Shown here piece after piece: positions 24,709-39,888 of a DNA stretch of 64,000 bases (position 1 is the stretch's first letter; each line of letters starts with the position of its first letter). The stretch spans positions 16,802,001 through 16,866,000 of the forward strand of contig OX597824.1 in NCBI GenBank assembly GCA_951406725.2. Direction: 5' to 3'. A program made the position numbers and the translations under genes. The DNA is from Octopus vulgaris (Eukaryota). The notes beneath the pieces are model-generated. The model saw only the letters and a list, made by a program, of their open reading frames with translations, made no database searches and was not told the origin of the DNA.

Positions 24709-25219
24709 AATTATTTAGTCGACCCTGTGAGTATGAAGTGCAAAGTCAATGCCGGCGGCTTCTGAATCCAGAGCGTACTCAGCCGGAAGAAATGTCGCTC
24801 TACAGTTTATCCGAGTTGCTAATGATTCTGTCAGCTTTCCAACTTAGCAACAACAACAACAACAACAAAAGAAAAACCAACAAAACCAACAACAATAATA
24901 TGTATGTAATGAAAACAAAGTTGTCAAAGCATTGTTAAATTCTCTTTGTAATATGATTCAAATGAAAGAATCATTTTTAATTTTTTTCTATTTGGATAAT
25001 AATTTAGAGTTAATAGTCTTATATTCAAATCATTTTTACTGGCATTCTTTGGGGGTGGGGGTGGGGGGTGGAAGGAAAAACAATTGCTTCTTTCATGCAT
25101 GACTCCGAAAAACTATGTAGTCGTCTCGCTGCCTTTGTGTTCGCTTGTTGCTTTTAATATATGCGCCACAAGCGGCGAATATTTAATGAAGAAAGATGCG
25201 TCATGAGATTTGCCCTTAC

Positions 25220-25227
25220 AACTACTA

Positions 25228-25285
<58 letters not shown>

Positions 25286-25302
25286 CACCACCCACCGCCG
25301 CC

Positions 25303-25342
<40 letters not shown>

Positions 25343-25358
25343 TCACCACCACCACCAT

Positions 25359-25402
<44 letters not shown>

Positions 25403-25410
25403 TCACCACC

Positions 25411-25466
<56 letters not shown>

Positions 25467-25489
25467 AACACCACACCACCACCACCACC

Positions 25490-25539
<50 letters not shown>

Positions 25540-25568
25540 CCACCACTACCACCACCACCACCACCATC

Positions 25569-25618
<50 letters not shown>

Positions 25619-25640
25619 CACCGCTACCACCTCCACTACC

Positions 25641-25674
<34 letters not shown>

Positions 25675-25787
25675 TTACCACCACTACCACCACTACTACT
25701 ACAACTACCACCACCACCACTACTACTACTACCACCACCACCACCACCACTACCACCACTACTACTACTACCACCACCACCACCACA

Positions 25788-25831
<44 letters not shown>

Positions 25832-25847
25832 CACCACTACCACCACA

Positions 25848-25923
<76 letters not shown>
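25220..25923. repeat. Compound (ACT)n/(ACC)n microsatellite
   Basis: About 700 bp; explains the poly-T/H/Y/P/V pseudo-ORFs. Confidence 0.97.
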
Positions 25924-26379
25924 GAGGAACTGGTTGATTTTGTTTTAAGGAATCATGCAGAACGTACCTAAGTTATTATGTCACAGCGACTCGATGATGA
26001 CGACAGCAGTTTATTGAGCTTAAAGTTTTGAATATATAAATATATAAATAAAAAAAACAAAAACTGTTTTCGGAAAATTAAACAGATTGTGTGAAACATG
26101 AGATTGTAGATTATTATTGCTAGGTTGCTGATTAGTGATAAGTACAGGAAAAATTGTCTCCACGAAAGTATTCTGTTTTAAGATGATGTCTAATTGTTAA
26201 CATATATATTTCTTCATGAATTGTTAGCTAATTTCATTAGAGAAACTGTGTAATTAAGTTTCGTTTTATGAGTAGATTTTTCCATTCTTGAGTTCATAGT
26301 ATCAGTATATCTTCTTTGTACGTGTGTGTATGTGTTTGTGAGTATTTGTTCGTTTGTTTGTGTGTGTTTGGGTATTTTT

Positions 26380-26415
<36 letters not shown>

Positions 26416-26630
26416 TATGTGTTAGTGTTGGAGGTGTGTCTTTGTTTGCCCACGTTTGTGTGCATGCGCGTGTGTATTATCTCAATTGGCATTTAAGTTA
26501 AATGTTTTATCCTCTGCCATAAGTTTAGAGACTTGATACCAACATTTTACAAAACTATTTCGTTCCAGCATCAGTTAAATCAATAACTGCCGAAGAAAGT
26601 TTCATTAAAATTTATGACAGAAATGTGGAA

Positions 26631-27016
26631 GTGGAAGCACTCCGTCGGTTACGACGACGAGGGTTCCGGTTGATCCGAATCAACTGAACAGCCTGCTCGT
26701 GAAATTAACGTGTAAGTGGCTGAGCACTCCACAGACACGTGTACCCTTAACGTAGTTCTCGGGGATAATCAGCGTGACACAGAGAGTGACAAGGCCGGCC
26801 CCTTGAAATACAGGTACAACAGAAACAGGAAGTAAGAGTGAGAGAAAGTTGTGGTGAAAGAGTACAGCAGGGATCACCACCATCCCCTGCCGGAGCCTCG
26901 TGGAGCTTTTAGGTGTTTCCGCTCAATAAACACTCACAACGCCCGGTCTGGGAATCGAAACCGCGATCCTATGACCGCGAGTCCGCTGCCCTAACAACTG
27001 GACCATTGCGCCTCCA
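26631..27016 (-). mobile_element. SINE family B, full-length young copy
   Basis: Near-identical to 33273-33657. Confidence 0.9.
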
Positions 27017-27129
27017 CTAATGAGTGAGAAGGGGAGAAACGAAAGGCCTGGGTACGGATCTCACTACCGACATTGTTAGTCCAAGCAGCGTGACACGTGT
27101 ATTAAAGTAAAGGATATTTGTCAACATAT

Positions 27130-27343
27130 AGGCGCAGGAGTGACTGCGTGGTAAATAGCTTGCTTACCAACTACATGGTTCCGAGTTCATACCCGCTGCG
27201 TGGCATCTTGGGAAAGTGACTTCTACTATAGCCTCGGGCCGACCAAAGCCTTGTGAGTGGATTTGGTAGACAGAAACTGAAAGAAGCTTGTCGTATATAT
27301 ATGACAAACAAAGACACACAAACACACACACACACACACACAC

Positions 27344-27398
<55 letters not shown>

Positions 27399-27598
27399 TG
27401 CGTTTTTGTTTGTGCCCCCAACATCGCTTGACAACCGATGCTGGTGTGCTTAAGTCCCCGTAACTTAGGAGTTCGGTAAAAGAGACCGATAGAATAACTA
27501 CTAGGCTTACAAAGAATAGGTCCTGAGGTCGATTTGCTCGACTAAAGGCGGTGCTCCAGCATGGCCGCAATCAAATGACTGAAACAAGTAAAAGAGAG
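27130..27598 (+). mobile_element. SINE family A copy
   Basis: Homologous to 8476-8940; the internal microsatellite forms an (AC)n-(GT)n palindrome. Confidence 0.9.
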
Positions 27599-28415
27599 TA
27601 AAGGAGAATACTTGTACATGTCCTGGAAGGGGACGATTGTAACTGTTGTGTAGCCCCAGGAAACATCGTTTACAGCTGGATATACGACACAACATCTGTG
27701 TCCTTATATCTTCGAATAAGGAGTCCAGCACTCCCGTTCAGCGCAAAACAACATCTGTTGAGCGGTTTCTGGGTTATTGTCCTTTATCAACACAGAGTAA
27801 CTGCTTGGCTATGTGGTGGTGTTGAATTCAGCGTTCGAATATATAGTTTTCAAAGGGACATACAGTTACTGATCTAATAAAATAAAAAATATTATTATTT
27901 CTGAATCTCTCAAAGAGAGATCGATATTCAGCTACAGTTCTTTAAAGTAACGGATGACACATGTATTGTTGTGAGTAAAACCTCAAGATTCTGCGTTCAC
28001 ACACCATCAGAGATGTATTTTTGCCAGTAAAATTCTCACTCATTATGAATCCATCGAGAGGTAGGGGCTATCTCAAGATGGCCACCACATATTATGGCAC
28101 CCTCATTCATGTAACTCCTACCTTATAACTTATATATCATTTTTATCTTGTCTCCAGTCTTCACGACCGCATGTACCTAGCTTCCTGGTTTCTATTCTGT
28201 ACACAACTTTGTCAATTTGTTGCGATATGTTAAGGCCACATGTCAATACATTTTCTCTTCATTTCATGTTTTATGATGTATTTAATTTCCGTTTTTTTTT
28301 TGTATTTTTTATACCTCGTATTCATTATCGGAATTTTCTATTCCTTTCTTGCGATTCTTGAATAATTTGCACTTCGAAGTAAAATCTTATTTTCAGACAT
28401 AGAAACATTTTCAGT

Positions 28416-28773
28416 TACCGTATTTGATAAGACGCACGTTTAACAGAGAGAAAGAAAGAAAGAAAGAGAGAGAGAGTTCAAATAACCATCACAAGAGGGC
28501 GGGAGAAATTGGGAGAGAGAAAGAAAGAAGCGGGAAAGAGAGAGAGAGTGGGGAGAATAGAGAGAGAAATAGAGGGAAAGAGAGGGAGAGAGAGATAGAG
28601 AGAGTGAGTGAGAGAGAGAGAGAGAGAGAGAGCAAATAATCACACCGGATCCTTTATGTGAAATTGATCCTCACAAGCTAATTTTGATTTTGTCACTAGC
28701 GCTTATTTATCCCTGAATATATGTTGCTGATAGTGGGGTGCGTCTAATACGTCGGTAGGTATTTTATACGGTA
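28416..28773. mobile_element. pogo-like MITE remnant with internal (GA)n tract
   Basis: TACCGTAT...ATAAGACGCAC and GTGCGTCTAAT...ATACGGTA inverted ends. Confidence 0.55.
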
Positions 28774-29039
28774 GTTTGAAGTTAAATACATGTTTCTAAT
28801 TTTGGTAGAGTGGGGAAGTTCACAATATCGACTCCATTGTACAACTGGTGCGAAAGGACGAAAGGCAAAGTCGACCTCGGCGGTATTTGAAATCAAAACG
28901 TTAAGAACCGAAAGTAATCCGTTAAACATTTTGTCCGGATAGCTAAAGATTCTATCAGCTCTCTGCCTTAGCTTGAGGTTAAATAATTAATTCATTGTTG
29001 AAGAACCAACACGGAATTCAACACTAACTGGATGTACTG

Positions 29040-29315
29040 ACCCTTCGGTCACAAAACCAGCAGCCTCACCGAACTTGCTTGACAAGAAGAGTGATTTTTG
29101 GACACCCTAGGGATAAAAAACAAGGCCCGTCAAAGAGTGGAGGAGCTCAGGAGAGTCAACGGCCATCCACTGTAATCAAGAGGAGATGGTGCTCACTAAC
29201 CACAGTGAAGGCAATCCATTCCGGAGAAGGAAATCTCTGGAATGAAAACCGTTCAGCGATAACATGCCGTGCAGTCAGCTGGTACTATTTTGCACAGAAA
29301 AAAGCTATGACATGA
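29040..29315 (+). mobile_element. Possible RTE-clade LINE 5' UTR fragment
   Basis: AAGGCAATCCATTCCGGAGAAGGAAATCTCTGGAATGAAAACC resembles the RTE 5' UTR motif as I recall it; not database-checked. Confidence 0.4.
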
Positions 29316-30454
29316 AGATGTTACAGTGACCTGATCTGCGATCGTGTGCTGGAACGAAAACAATGCACGTAGTTTTGTCAGTGAACAGGTCGCGGTCTCA
29401 AAGCAAGGAAAATATTTTGACAAATTAAATTTAAATGTTGAAGTGAATCTAACGGTTTTTGTGTGTTTCTTAAATGGCTTATAAACACCTTCCACGCTGT
29501 ATTTGTATAAAAAATATGTTTAAGTATTTTGTGTAGAAATACAATATATCCAGTTTATTGTAAGTATATTTTAACAACAAAATTCTCTATTTCCCCACCC
29601 AAGGGTCATAAGCACCACGGTTGTGAACCACTGTTCTGGCCTCTGGGTTATGAACTCAATATCCGCTCTGGCTATCATTTCAATCGTTCTTGCAATTACA
29701 TTGTCATAACTGGCTGAACTCATTCCACCTTCACGCGCCCATTTAGAGCTCATCTATTTCTCCTCTTCTCCATCACTCCTATATGCCCACCATTCAATAT
29801 CTACGCTAATCTCTGCGCCCAGTCCTTCATTTACTGAGTATCAGAACCCAGGAATCTCCTCCGTGCTCAGGACTTTTCTGCAGGTATTGGTGTTACAAAC
29901 TTTCCAGAGTGACAACTATAGCTTACAAAGGGTGCGGGCAATGCCCCTTAATCTACGCCCAGCAAGTGACACAAATTAATAGTCTAACCAATGGCATATT
30001 CTCTGCAGTCGATTGATTTACGGGGACTAGCAGAAACAGAGAAAATTTCTTAAAATGAAAGCCTACAATTTAATCATTGCAAGAACATTTCGAAGAACGT
30101 AGTTATTATTCCTTTTATAATAGATAATAGGGGTCGGAATAGCCGTGTGGTTAAGAAGCCCGCTCTGGAAACATGTAGTTCTAAGTTCGATCCCAATGAC
30201 CGAAAACTATATGGAAGATTGTCGACTTTATCTATGTATGTATGTATGTATGTATGTATCTATCTATTTTCCCTACCCCACTCTCTCATTGTCTATCTAT
30301 CTCTTTTTCAATATGTCTATCTGTCTATGAATCAATCTATCTCTTTTTCAATCAATCTATCTCTCTATATATATATCTATTTATTTATCTATCTATTTTT
30401 CAATCTATCTGACTATCTATCTATCTATCTATCTCTTTTTCAATCAATCAATCA

Positions 30455-30488
<34 letters not shown>

Positions 30489-31008
30489 ATGTGGGCGTGG
30501 GTGTTTTTGCGTCTGTTAATCCGACCGATGATTGACAATGAGTTTTGGTGTGCTTAAGCCTTTGTGACTTAGCGGTTCGGGATAGAATAAGTATCAAACT
30601 TTAACACTGCCATGAGTACTGAGATCGCCCTGCAAGGCGATGCCCCAGCTTGGCCGCAGTTCAAAGACTGTAACCAGTAAGTCATTAACTATGAGATCAT
30701 CATAACACATTCATAAATTCTAAATGTTTATTATGACCGTTGTTTGTGTTGTTGCTGTAGTTGCTGTTGCTGTTGTTGTTGTTGTTGTTGTTGTTTTTGT
30801 TGTTGTTGTTGTTGTTCATCTTCTTCTTCTTCTTCTTCTTCTTTTTCTTCTTCTTCTTCTTCTTCTTCTGTTGTTGTTGTTGTTCTTCTTCTTCTTCTTC
30901 TTCGTCTTCTTCTTCTTCTTCTTCTTATTATTATTATTATTATTATTAGTAGTAGTATTATTATTATTATCATCATCATCATTCTTCTTCTTCTTCTTCT
31001 TCTTCTTC

Positions 31009-31070
<62 letters not shown>

Positions 31071-31677
31071 GAGTGAGAGAGCAGTTCATGCCATCAAAGT
31101 GACACTGGGGTTATTATTATTATTATTATTATAATTATTATTATTACTATTACTATAATTATTTTTATTACAATTAATATAATAATAATAATTATTATTA
31201 TTATTATTACTATTATTATTATTGTTATTATTATTAATATTATTAATATTATTTTTTTTATCATTATCATCATCAATATATTTTAAATTCAATAAATTTA
31301 TAGTATTTGAAGCATCTACGCCTTGGAAATGTCCATTTATTCTTTTCATATAACTACTATATTTCAATTCGGTGCCTGTTTGGCATCTCAGAAGAGCAAT
31401 ATGAAATATCATTTTCAGCGGTATGGATTTGCACTTTATTGTATTTCTTTAAGAGTTTATGATCTCGCTAAAACCTGGCGCCTCTCTGTCTATTGAAAAT
31501 ATCACATGTGACCCATAAAATCAATAATATCCACTCCGCTGACCATCTCTTGGTGTCTGCAGTGCACTTTCTGAATATTGTTCTCCCAACATCCTACTAA
31601 ACATAAAGCAAAAGGACATCTCTTCACGCTTGGCACTGCCTAACCCCCAATACTTAATGAATGATTCCGTTTTTTCG

Positions 31678-31775
<98 letters not shown>

Positions 31776-31808
31776 GCATATATATATAAAATATATATGA
31801 TATATATG

Positions 31809-31843
<35 letters not shown>

Positions 31844-31900
31844 GCATATATATATAAAATATATATGATATATACATATATATATATATAAAATATATAT

Positions 31901-31944
<44 letters not shown>

Positions 31945-31992
31945 ATATATGATATATAAATATAGACATATACATGTATATTACATATATAT

Positions 31993-32041
<49 letters not shown>

Positions 32042-32122
32042 ATATATATGTATATATTTATAAAACATATATGATATATAAATATAGATATATACATATA
32101 TATTACATATAGATATATATAT

Positions 32123-32153
<31 letters not shown>

Positions 32154-32201
32154 GGTATGATTTAAGTATATCATTGTTGAATTGCTACATGGTGGTTCTT
32201 C

Positions 32202-32248
<47 letters not shown>

Positions 32249-33272
32249 ATCCAAACAGGAAAACACAAAATAACACAACAACGCGAGGACGTATATCTAT
32301 ATATATACATACACAACATACACACGGCGCGGACACACACACATATGTGTGTATGTGTATGTGCGGGTATGTATGCCTACAAGTAAGAATATCCATAACA
32401 TGTTTCCCCTGACACTGGTGTATTTTCCACTAGTTTTGAATTATCAAGTGATTTTTCTCTTATACTGTTACACACTATTATGACTCGTTCAATATATGAT
32501 AGGCCACACTAATACGCTCACACTAACTCGAACACACACATTCACACACACACATATAAATTTACGTATATATACATGTATGAATATATATATAGGAAGA
32601 GTGAAACATTGCACAGAAGGATGACAAAAGTACACGGAAAAATCGCCCTCAACAAATCGACTTACTAATTCCTCATCAATTGTCGACCAAAAGTCATCAC
32701 AGTTTCGCGACGTTATCGGTAATATATTTATATAATAGAGCGGTTGTATACTGTCAACTTAACGTGACAGTCCCGTAAAGGGAATCACACCACCGCTATT
32801 TAGCCCTAGGAAGCATCGACGCTTCCTCTCGGCTTTGACAAATTTCCTGTGTCCTTATATTTGCGAAGGGGAGGCAAGAACCATCAACAGCTAGGCCAGC
32901 ACCTAGAAATATGCATGTTTCTGTGTCTTGCTCGTCATCAGTCTGGGGTAGCAAGGCCTGCTAGTTGCAGATGCTTGCCAAGATTTCGCAAATATATATA
33001 TTTTCAATATAATAGTTTTTCTTTTTGTGCTTAGTCTTATTGAAAAAGAAATTTAACATTAAATTAAAGAATAATGCAATGATTTAGTAGAATATATATC
33101 TATTATAATTTGACCAGAAGAGGAATAAATGTACCTTGAAAGTGAGATAGTCTGAAGAATGTAAGCTGGCCGAGGATACAATCAGCCCTGTTCTCATAAA
33201 TGTGTACTATATATACATTTACACGTACATACATACAATCATTTATACATACATACAAACATACATGTTTTT

Positions 33273-33657
33273 TGGAAGCACTCCGTCGGTTACGACGACG
33301 AGGGTTCCGGTTGATCCGAATCAACGGAACAGCCTGCTCGTGAAATTAATGTATAAGTGGCTGAGCACTCCACAGACACGTGTACTCTTAACGTAGTTCT
33401 CGGGGATATTCAGCGTGACACAGAGAGTGACCAGGCCGGCCCTTTGAAATACAGGTACAACAGAAACAGGAAGTAAGAGTGAGAGAAAGTTGTGGTAAAA
33501 GAGTACAGCAGGGATCACCACCATCCCCTGCCGGAGCCTCGTGGAGCTTTTAGGTGTTTTCGCTCAATAAACACTCACAACGCCCGGTCTGGGAATCGAA
33601 ACCGCGATCCTATGACCGCGTGTCCGCTGCCCTAACCACTAGGCTATTGCGACTCCA
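33273..33657 (-). mobile_element. SINE family B copy
   Basis: Near-identical to 26631-27016. Confidence 0.9.
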
Positions 33658-33775
33658 CCCAAACATACATACATACACATATTAAAGCATACTCACAGGG
33701 ATACACACACATATATACAGGTGTATATGCATAAATGAAAATCTACATATATCTGTATGTGTGTGTGTGTGTGTT

Positions 33776-34075
33776 GTGAAGGCTCGTGGCTTAGTGTTTA
33801 GGGCATTCGGCTCACGATTGTAAGGTCGTGAGTTCAATTCGCAGCGGGACCTTGTTTCCTTGAGCAAGACACTTTATTTCACGTTACTCCAGTCCACTCA
33901 GTTGGCAAAAGTGAGTAGTACCTGTATTTCAAACACGCTGAATCTCCCTAAAAAGTTTGTGAAAGAATACGCGTGTCTGTATAGTATTCAGTTATTTGCA
34001 TGTTAATCTTACGAGCCAGCTGTTCCGTTGATCGGCAAAATTGGAACCTTCGTCGCTGTAAGCGACGGAGTACTA
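33776..34075 (+). mobile_element. SINE family D head with the tail used by family B
   Basis: D-type head and CORE-like body, then GTACCTGTATTTCAA...CGACGGAGT as in 26631-26820. Confidence 0.75.
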
Positions 34076-34078
34076 GTT

Positions 34079-34129
<51 letters not shown>

Positions 34130-34219
34130 AGCATACATAAATGCATACATATATATACATATATATATACTAACATATATATACATACATATATATACAT
34201 ATATATATACGTATACATA

Positions 34220-34255
<36 letters not shown>

Positions 34256-34369
34256 CGTGATCACCGTGACCGACCAGGCTATCAGATGTTGCTACACATC
34301 GCTGGTCACAATGCGTTTCGCATTGTTTTAGCCTTAAAATGACGCCACCTCGCTGGCTAAGCGAGCAGG

Positions 34370-34450
<81 letters not shown>

Positions 34451-34542
34451 GTATATACATACTGATACATACATATATATACATATCTATATATACATAT
34501 ATAAATATATATAGACATACATATATATATACATACGTCATA

Positions 34543-34820
34543 ATTTATGGTATCTAATAGATACCTCCACGCTGGAAATAGCAGCCAAAACTTGACTCTA
34601 AAACCACATTTATGTTGCTATCTGAATATTCCACTGATGAGGCAAAGGATTTCTTATGCAAAGTCAGAAATCCGGGATCTGGAATTATCCAGTAATTTTT
34701 TACCAGTTCATCTTGTCCTTTTGTCTTCAATCCTGGAGCTGTAAGAACATTTAATGTGGTTTTAGAGTCAAGTTTTGGCTGCTATTTCCAGCATGGAGGT
34801 ATCTCTTAGATACCCTAAAT
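34543..34820. repeat. Inverted repeat (arms ~75 bp) enclosing a hammerhead motif
   Basis: 34543-34616 pairs with 34746-34820. Confidence 0.9.
34628..34685 (+). ncRNA. Type I hammerhead ribozyme motif
   Basis: ATTCCA-CTGATGA-GGC...GTCA-GAAA-TCCGGGA-TC-TGGAAT: perfect 6-bp stem I, intact core, short stem III; stem II is weak. Confidence 0.65.
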
Positions 34821-35312
34821 CATAATTTTAATAATAATTCTTGCCTTTGAAAGTTTTTATTCCCATGCTGGACACTTGATAAGATCGATAATTAAATTAA
34901 CTAAGACTTATTTATATAAAATTATATATACATACATACATACATATATACATACATTTAACGTTGTTCTGAACAGATATATAACCCTTCCAGCAATGCC
35001 CATCACCTATAGTGAGGGCTAAGCAACACAAAATATTGTTTTTTTCCTCCCTATGAAACGGTACAATTAAATTTCCGAGAATTATAGTTGCTATTTCTAG
35101 CAATTCGTACGACCGTGCATAAGGGCCTTTATAGCCTCATTTCCATCTGTTTGAAGTATAAGTACGGTGAATATTTATGACGTTTGTCCAAGATTTTAGA
35201 AACCATGTAGCAGGTCGGCCTGTTGTCTCTGCGAATGGTTGCGTGCATTTTGCAATAACTTCTGGCTGAATACTTCTTTACATATGGATAAAATGTGCGT
35301 GTCCTCTGTGAA

Positions 35313-35445
<133 letters not shown>

Positions 35446-35897
35446 TATATATATATAAATATATATGTGTGTATGTATGTGTGTGTATGTATATACGCGT
35501 CACGTTTCTAATTTCTATGCCTACGAAATTCGAGGTTGCGTTTAAACCCTCAATAGATCAGTAAAATAATTTCCGGGACGTTTTCTAGCAAATACTGAAA
35601 TCAATTCAAAAGCACTACGCATATTAATCCATTTTGCAAACTGACCTGGCGGTGCCTAGTGGTAAAAAAAAGGATCATCACCACCGTCATCATCATCATC
35701 ATCATCATCATCGTCATCGTCGTCATCATCATGATCATCATGATCATCATGATCATCATCATGATCATCATCATGATCATCGTCATCATCATCATCATCA
35801 TCATCGTCACCAACATCATCATCATCATCATCATCATCATTGTCACCATCATCATCACCACCAGCGACATCGTCATTGTCATCAGTTATTATTGTTA

Positions 35898-35966
<69 letters not shown>

Positions 35967-36393
35967 CAATACACTTTATTTTTTTGCATTGCAGCAATCG
36001 GCCAATTCAGCCAACCGGTCCTCTAGCCGGGCAACCAGTTAAGGCAACCATCCAGATATGTTTATAGTAATGGTCAGATTTTGCGTATATTTTTTTACAC
36101 CCCTTCTGTTGTCATTTTTTTTTCATTTTATTAATATTTAGTTTTTTTTTACTCTATCTTTATCCATCATGCAATATATATATATATATAGTTTTTTTTT
36201 TCCCCCTGATTCGTTCTTTCTTCCTTTATCATCCCATTTCCCTTCGCCTTTCTCCCACCAACATTTCCTTTCTTTCAAATATGTCATGATTTAAGTAGCA
36301 TGAGACGAAGAAGGCGAAGAAGACAAAAAAAATGGGTAAAAAAATTCAATGGATGAGTAAAATGGTAATATGGGAAGGAAGAAAATAAATAAA

Positions 36394-36493
<100 letters not shown>

Positions 36494-36547
36494 GGAAAAG
36501 GACAGAACACTGGGAAAATAGTATATGAAAGAAGTTCAGTGTGTCTC

Positions 36548-36594
<47 letters not shown>

Positions 36595-36871
36595 TGACAC
36601 ACACATAAATTGAAAGAGAGTGAGGAAGAGGAAGCGTTAGAAAGAGAGGAAGGAAGGGGACAATTGATGTGTGTCTGTGTTGTGGGGTAGGAGGTGGTGT
36701 GACTGTGTAGGAGCAGTGGTTTATAGAATGAAAAGCAAAAAAGTGAGAGAGAGAGAGAGGGAGAGAGAGAGAGAGAGAGGGACGTGAGCTGGATTAAATA
36801 TACAGGCTGACCCCGTTGCTACCAGCGACAAGAGCGGTGTCCGTCATTTCTCAGACACGACGGCTCAGCAT

Positions 36872-36935
<64 letters not shown>

Positions 36936-37073
36936 TAATATGATATAAAAATTTAAATAAAAAAATGTAGGAAGAGTAAAAAACCTGAAATGAAATAAGA
37001 GAAAGACAGTTAGAATACATGTATGTATGTATGTATGTATGTATGTATGTATGTATGTATGTATGTATGTATG

Positions 37074-37106
<33 letters not shown>

Positions 37107-37320
37107 GTATATATGTATATATATGTATATATGTATATATATATATGTGTATATATATGTGTGTATATATATATGTATGTATATATATATATATATATAT
37201 GCATATACAATATATATACATATATATACACATATAGATAGATCGATTGATAGCAAAACAGCTAAATAGATACGTATATTCATGCTCAAAGACACACTGA
37301 CACACACGCACACATACACA

Positions 37321-37362
<42 letters not shown>

Positions 37363-37890
37363 TATTGGAGAGGGAGAGAGAGAGAAAGGAGGAGAGTTAG
37401 AGGGACTGACAGTGACTTGGAAAGAAAACAAAGAAATCTATGGAAAAATAGATAAATAGAGAGATAGCTTGCTAACATGCGATATAGACGACAATTTAGA
37501 TAGTTAAACAGATAAAGACTTTACACACGTACACATACTCTCACACAAACCCACATATAGCGAGAGAGAGGGAGAGAGAGAGAGAGAGAGAGAGAAAAAA
37601 AAAGAGAAAGAGCGAGAGAGGGATAGATACAGCAGGAGGGTGATATACTGGGAAATAAATATGGAGAGTAGATAGATAGATTTATAATGGCATTAAAGGA
37701 AAAGGGTGGAGCTGGAGTGAGATGGGTCAACGAAAAATGGATTTAGAAAAATGTGATGAAAAAAATGTAAATCGCATAGAAATATGTACAAAAAAATCAA
37801 AGAAAAAAATATGAACATCAGAGAAAAAGGATTACGCGTAAAGTGAGGGAGACAGTTATGTGCGATGTGTGCAAGTCTCTGTGTGTCCAC

Positions 37891-37928
<38 letters not shown>

Positions 37929-38169
37929 GTGGACACACATAGATATATACGTATATATATATGTATTTATATACACACATATACACATATATACAGTGTG
38001 TAACAGAGAAGACAGAGATTGAAAAAATTGCATTGAGGTAGTTGAAAAGTGAGAGAAAATCTCAGGGAATATTTGTGGGGGCCAAGTTGAAGAGGGGTGT
38101 GAGAAATGCCTAGCAGAGAAGAATAATAATAATGAAAATAAAAAAAACGAAGTTTAGAAATTATTCTTG

Positions 38170-38640
38170 GAATGTTCCAAGGTTGTGGTCATATTTTCTT
38201 GCAGCTCTCCCAATTTGCCTTCTCAAAAATCACCATCGTAATGGCGGAGGTAAAACAACGTCGCACAGAAGGTACATTTGCTGGTGGTATTATTGTTGAA
38301 ATTCCCAAATTTGACGAATGGTCAAATGCGTTCCATCTGTATGTAACTAGTTCGCTTTTGTTAAATTTTTTACAATCAGACTCATAAACTACTATGAGCT
38401 CGTTTATTTATTTGATTTTCTTTTAATTTCAAGATGTGAATTAAAATTTTGGCTGCTACATCTTGCAAGTTGAATGGCTGTATAGAAGCTCCATTGTTTA
38501 TAGAATCTATAGATTATAAAGCTAAATCTTGCTAATACTGACTTCATATTGATCCATATAAATTTTAATAAATTATGTATCACTAATAATATGTTAATCA
38601 TTCTGGTAAGTATGTCATTCCAAGGTGAAAGACATTATGT
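38170..38640 (-). pseudogene. Possible highly decayed LINE AP-endonuclease remnant
   Basis: Minus-strand fragments NFNSH (GDFN.H-like), FDH (SDH-like) and FEKANWE (FKKANW-like) occur in the expected order. Confidence 0.35.
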
Positions 38641-39126
38641 TGCATTGTCGAGGAAAAAATAGAAGTAAACCGTTATTTTTGAGCGTTTTAAGTATAAGGG
38701 ACAGATAATTCGTTTGTGCTATGCGTGAATTATTAGATTTAAGATTGGTCATGTTCATTTTTGAATAGAATACTTAGGAAGTATTTTTTGATTTTAACCC
38801 GAATTCATTATAAATTTATATATCTTTTGCTGTGATGGCGTATAACCAAGTGCTACGATTTTATGATAAACGGCTCGAGCACCTATTATATGTCCTTGAA
38901 CAATGCACTTCATTTCTTGTCACTCTCAGTTTACTAACATGAAGTGACTACCAATGAAAACTAGAGGGTAATCTTCCTTGTACCTTCGTCTCCTACATTG
39001 GTGGACTCTTCTAGTCTCACCCACTTCTATGCCACGGAAACCAAAATGTATTCTGACTTAATGCATTTCAAAACCCGAGAAAGTTTTACAAATTTACAAA
39101 TTATTACCATCATTATTACCATTATA

Positions 39127-39290
39127 GGCGCAGGAGTGATTGCGTGGTAAGTAGCTTGTCACCAACTACATTGTTCTGGGTTCAGTCCCACTGCGTGGCA
39201 CCTTGGGCAAGTGTTTTCTACTATAGCCTCGGGCCGACCAAAGCCTTGTGAATGGATATCGTAGATAGAAACTGAAAGAAGCTCGTCGTA

Positions 39291-39356
<66 letters not shown>

Positions 39357-39558
39357 TATATAGTTAATAGAAACAAGAAAACAAAAAGAAAACAACAACA
39401 ACGCAAGGACGTGGAACAAAAAAGTATTATTGGACGCTCAGGAAAGAAGGGAAGAAGGAGGGTTTGACGTTTCAAGCGGAGCTCATCGTCAGAAACATAT
39501 AAGGAAAGATCCCGAGAAGGGAAGACAGGGAAAAAATCGCTAGTGATACAGCCGAGGT

Positions 39559-39638
<80 letters not shown>

Positions 39639-39792
39639 TGTGTCTGAGTTTGTCCCCCCCAAACATCGCTTGATAACCGATGCTGATGTGGTTGCGCCCC
39701 CGTAACTTAGCGGTTCGGCAAAAGAAACCGATACAATAAGCACTAGGCTTCCAAAGACGTCAAATGACTGAAGCAAGTAAAAGAGTAAAAGA
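39127..39792 (+). mobile_element. SINE family A interrupted by a hammerhead-bearing insert
   Basis: Head 39127-39290 and tail 39640-39792, with an unrelated segment at 39362-39562 inside the (AT)n tract. Confidence 0.85.
39462..39496 (-). ncRNA. Minimal Penelope-type hammerhead ribozyme
   Basis: GTTT-CTGACGA-T-GAGC-TCC-GCTT-GAAA-CG-TC-AAAC; decayed relatives at 23141-23179 and 49781-49819. Confidence 0.7.
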
Positions 39793-39888
39793 GTATCAAA
39801 ATAGAACGATTTACAAATTATCACCATCAAAATCGAATGGTTTATATCTTCTGCTTCCTGTTGGAACCTTTTGTACTATCTGTATAAA

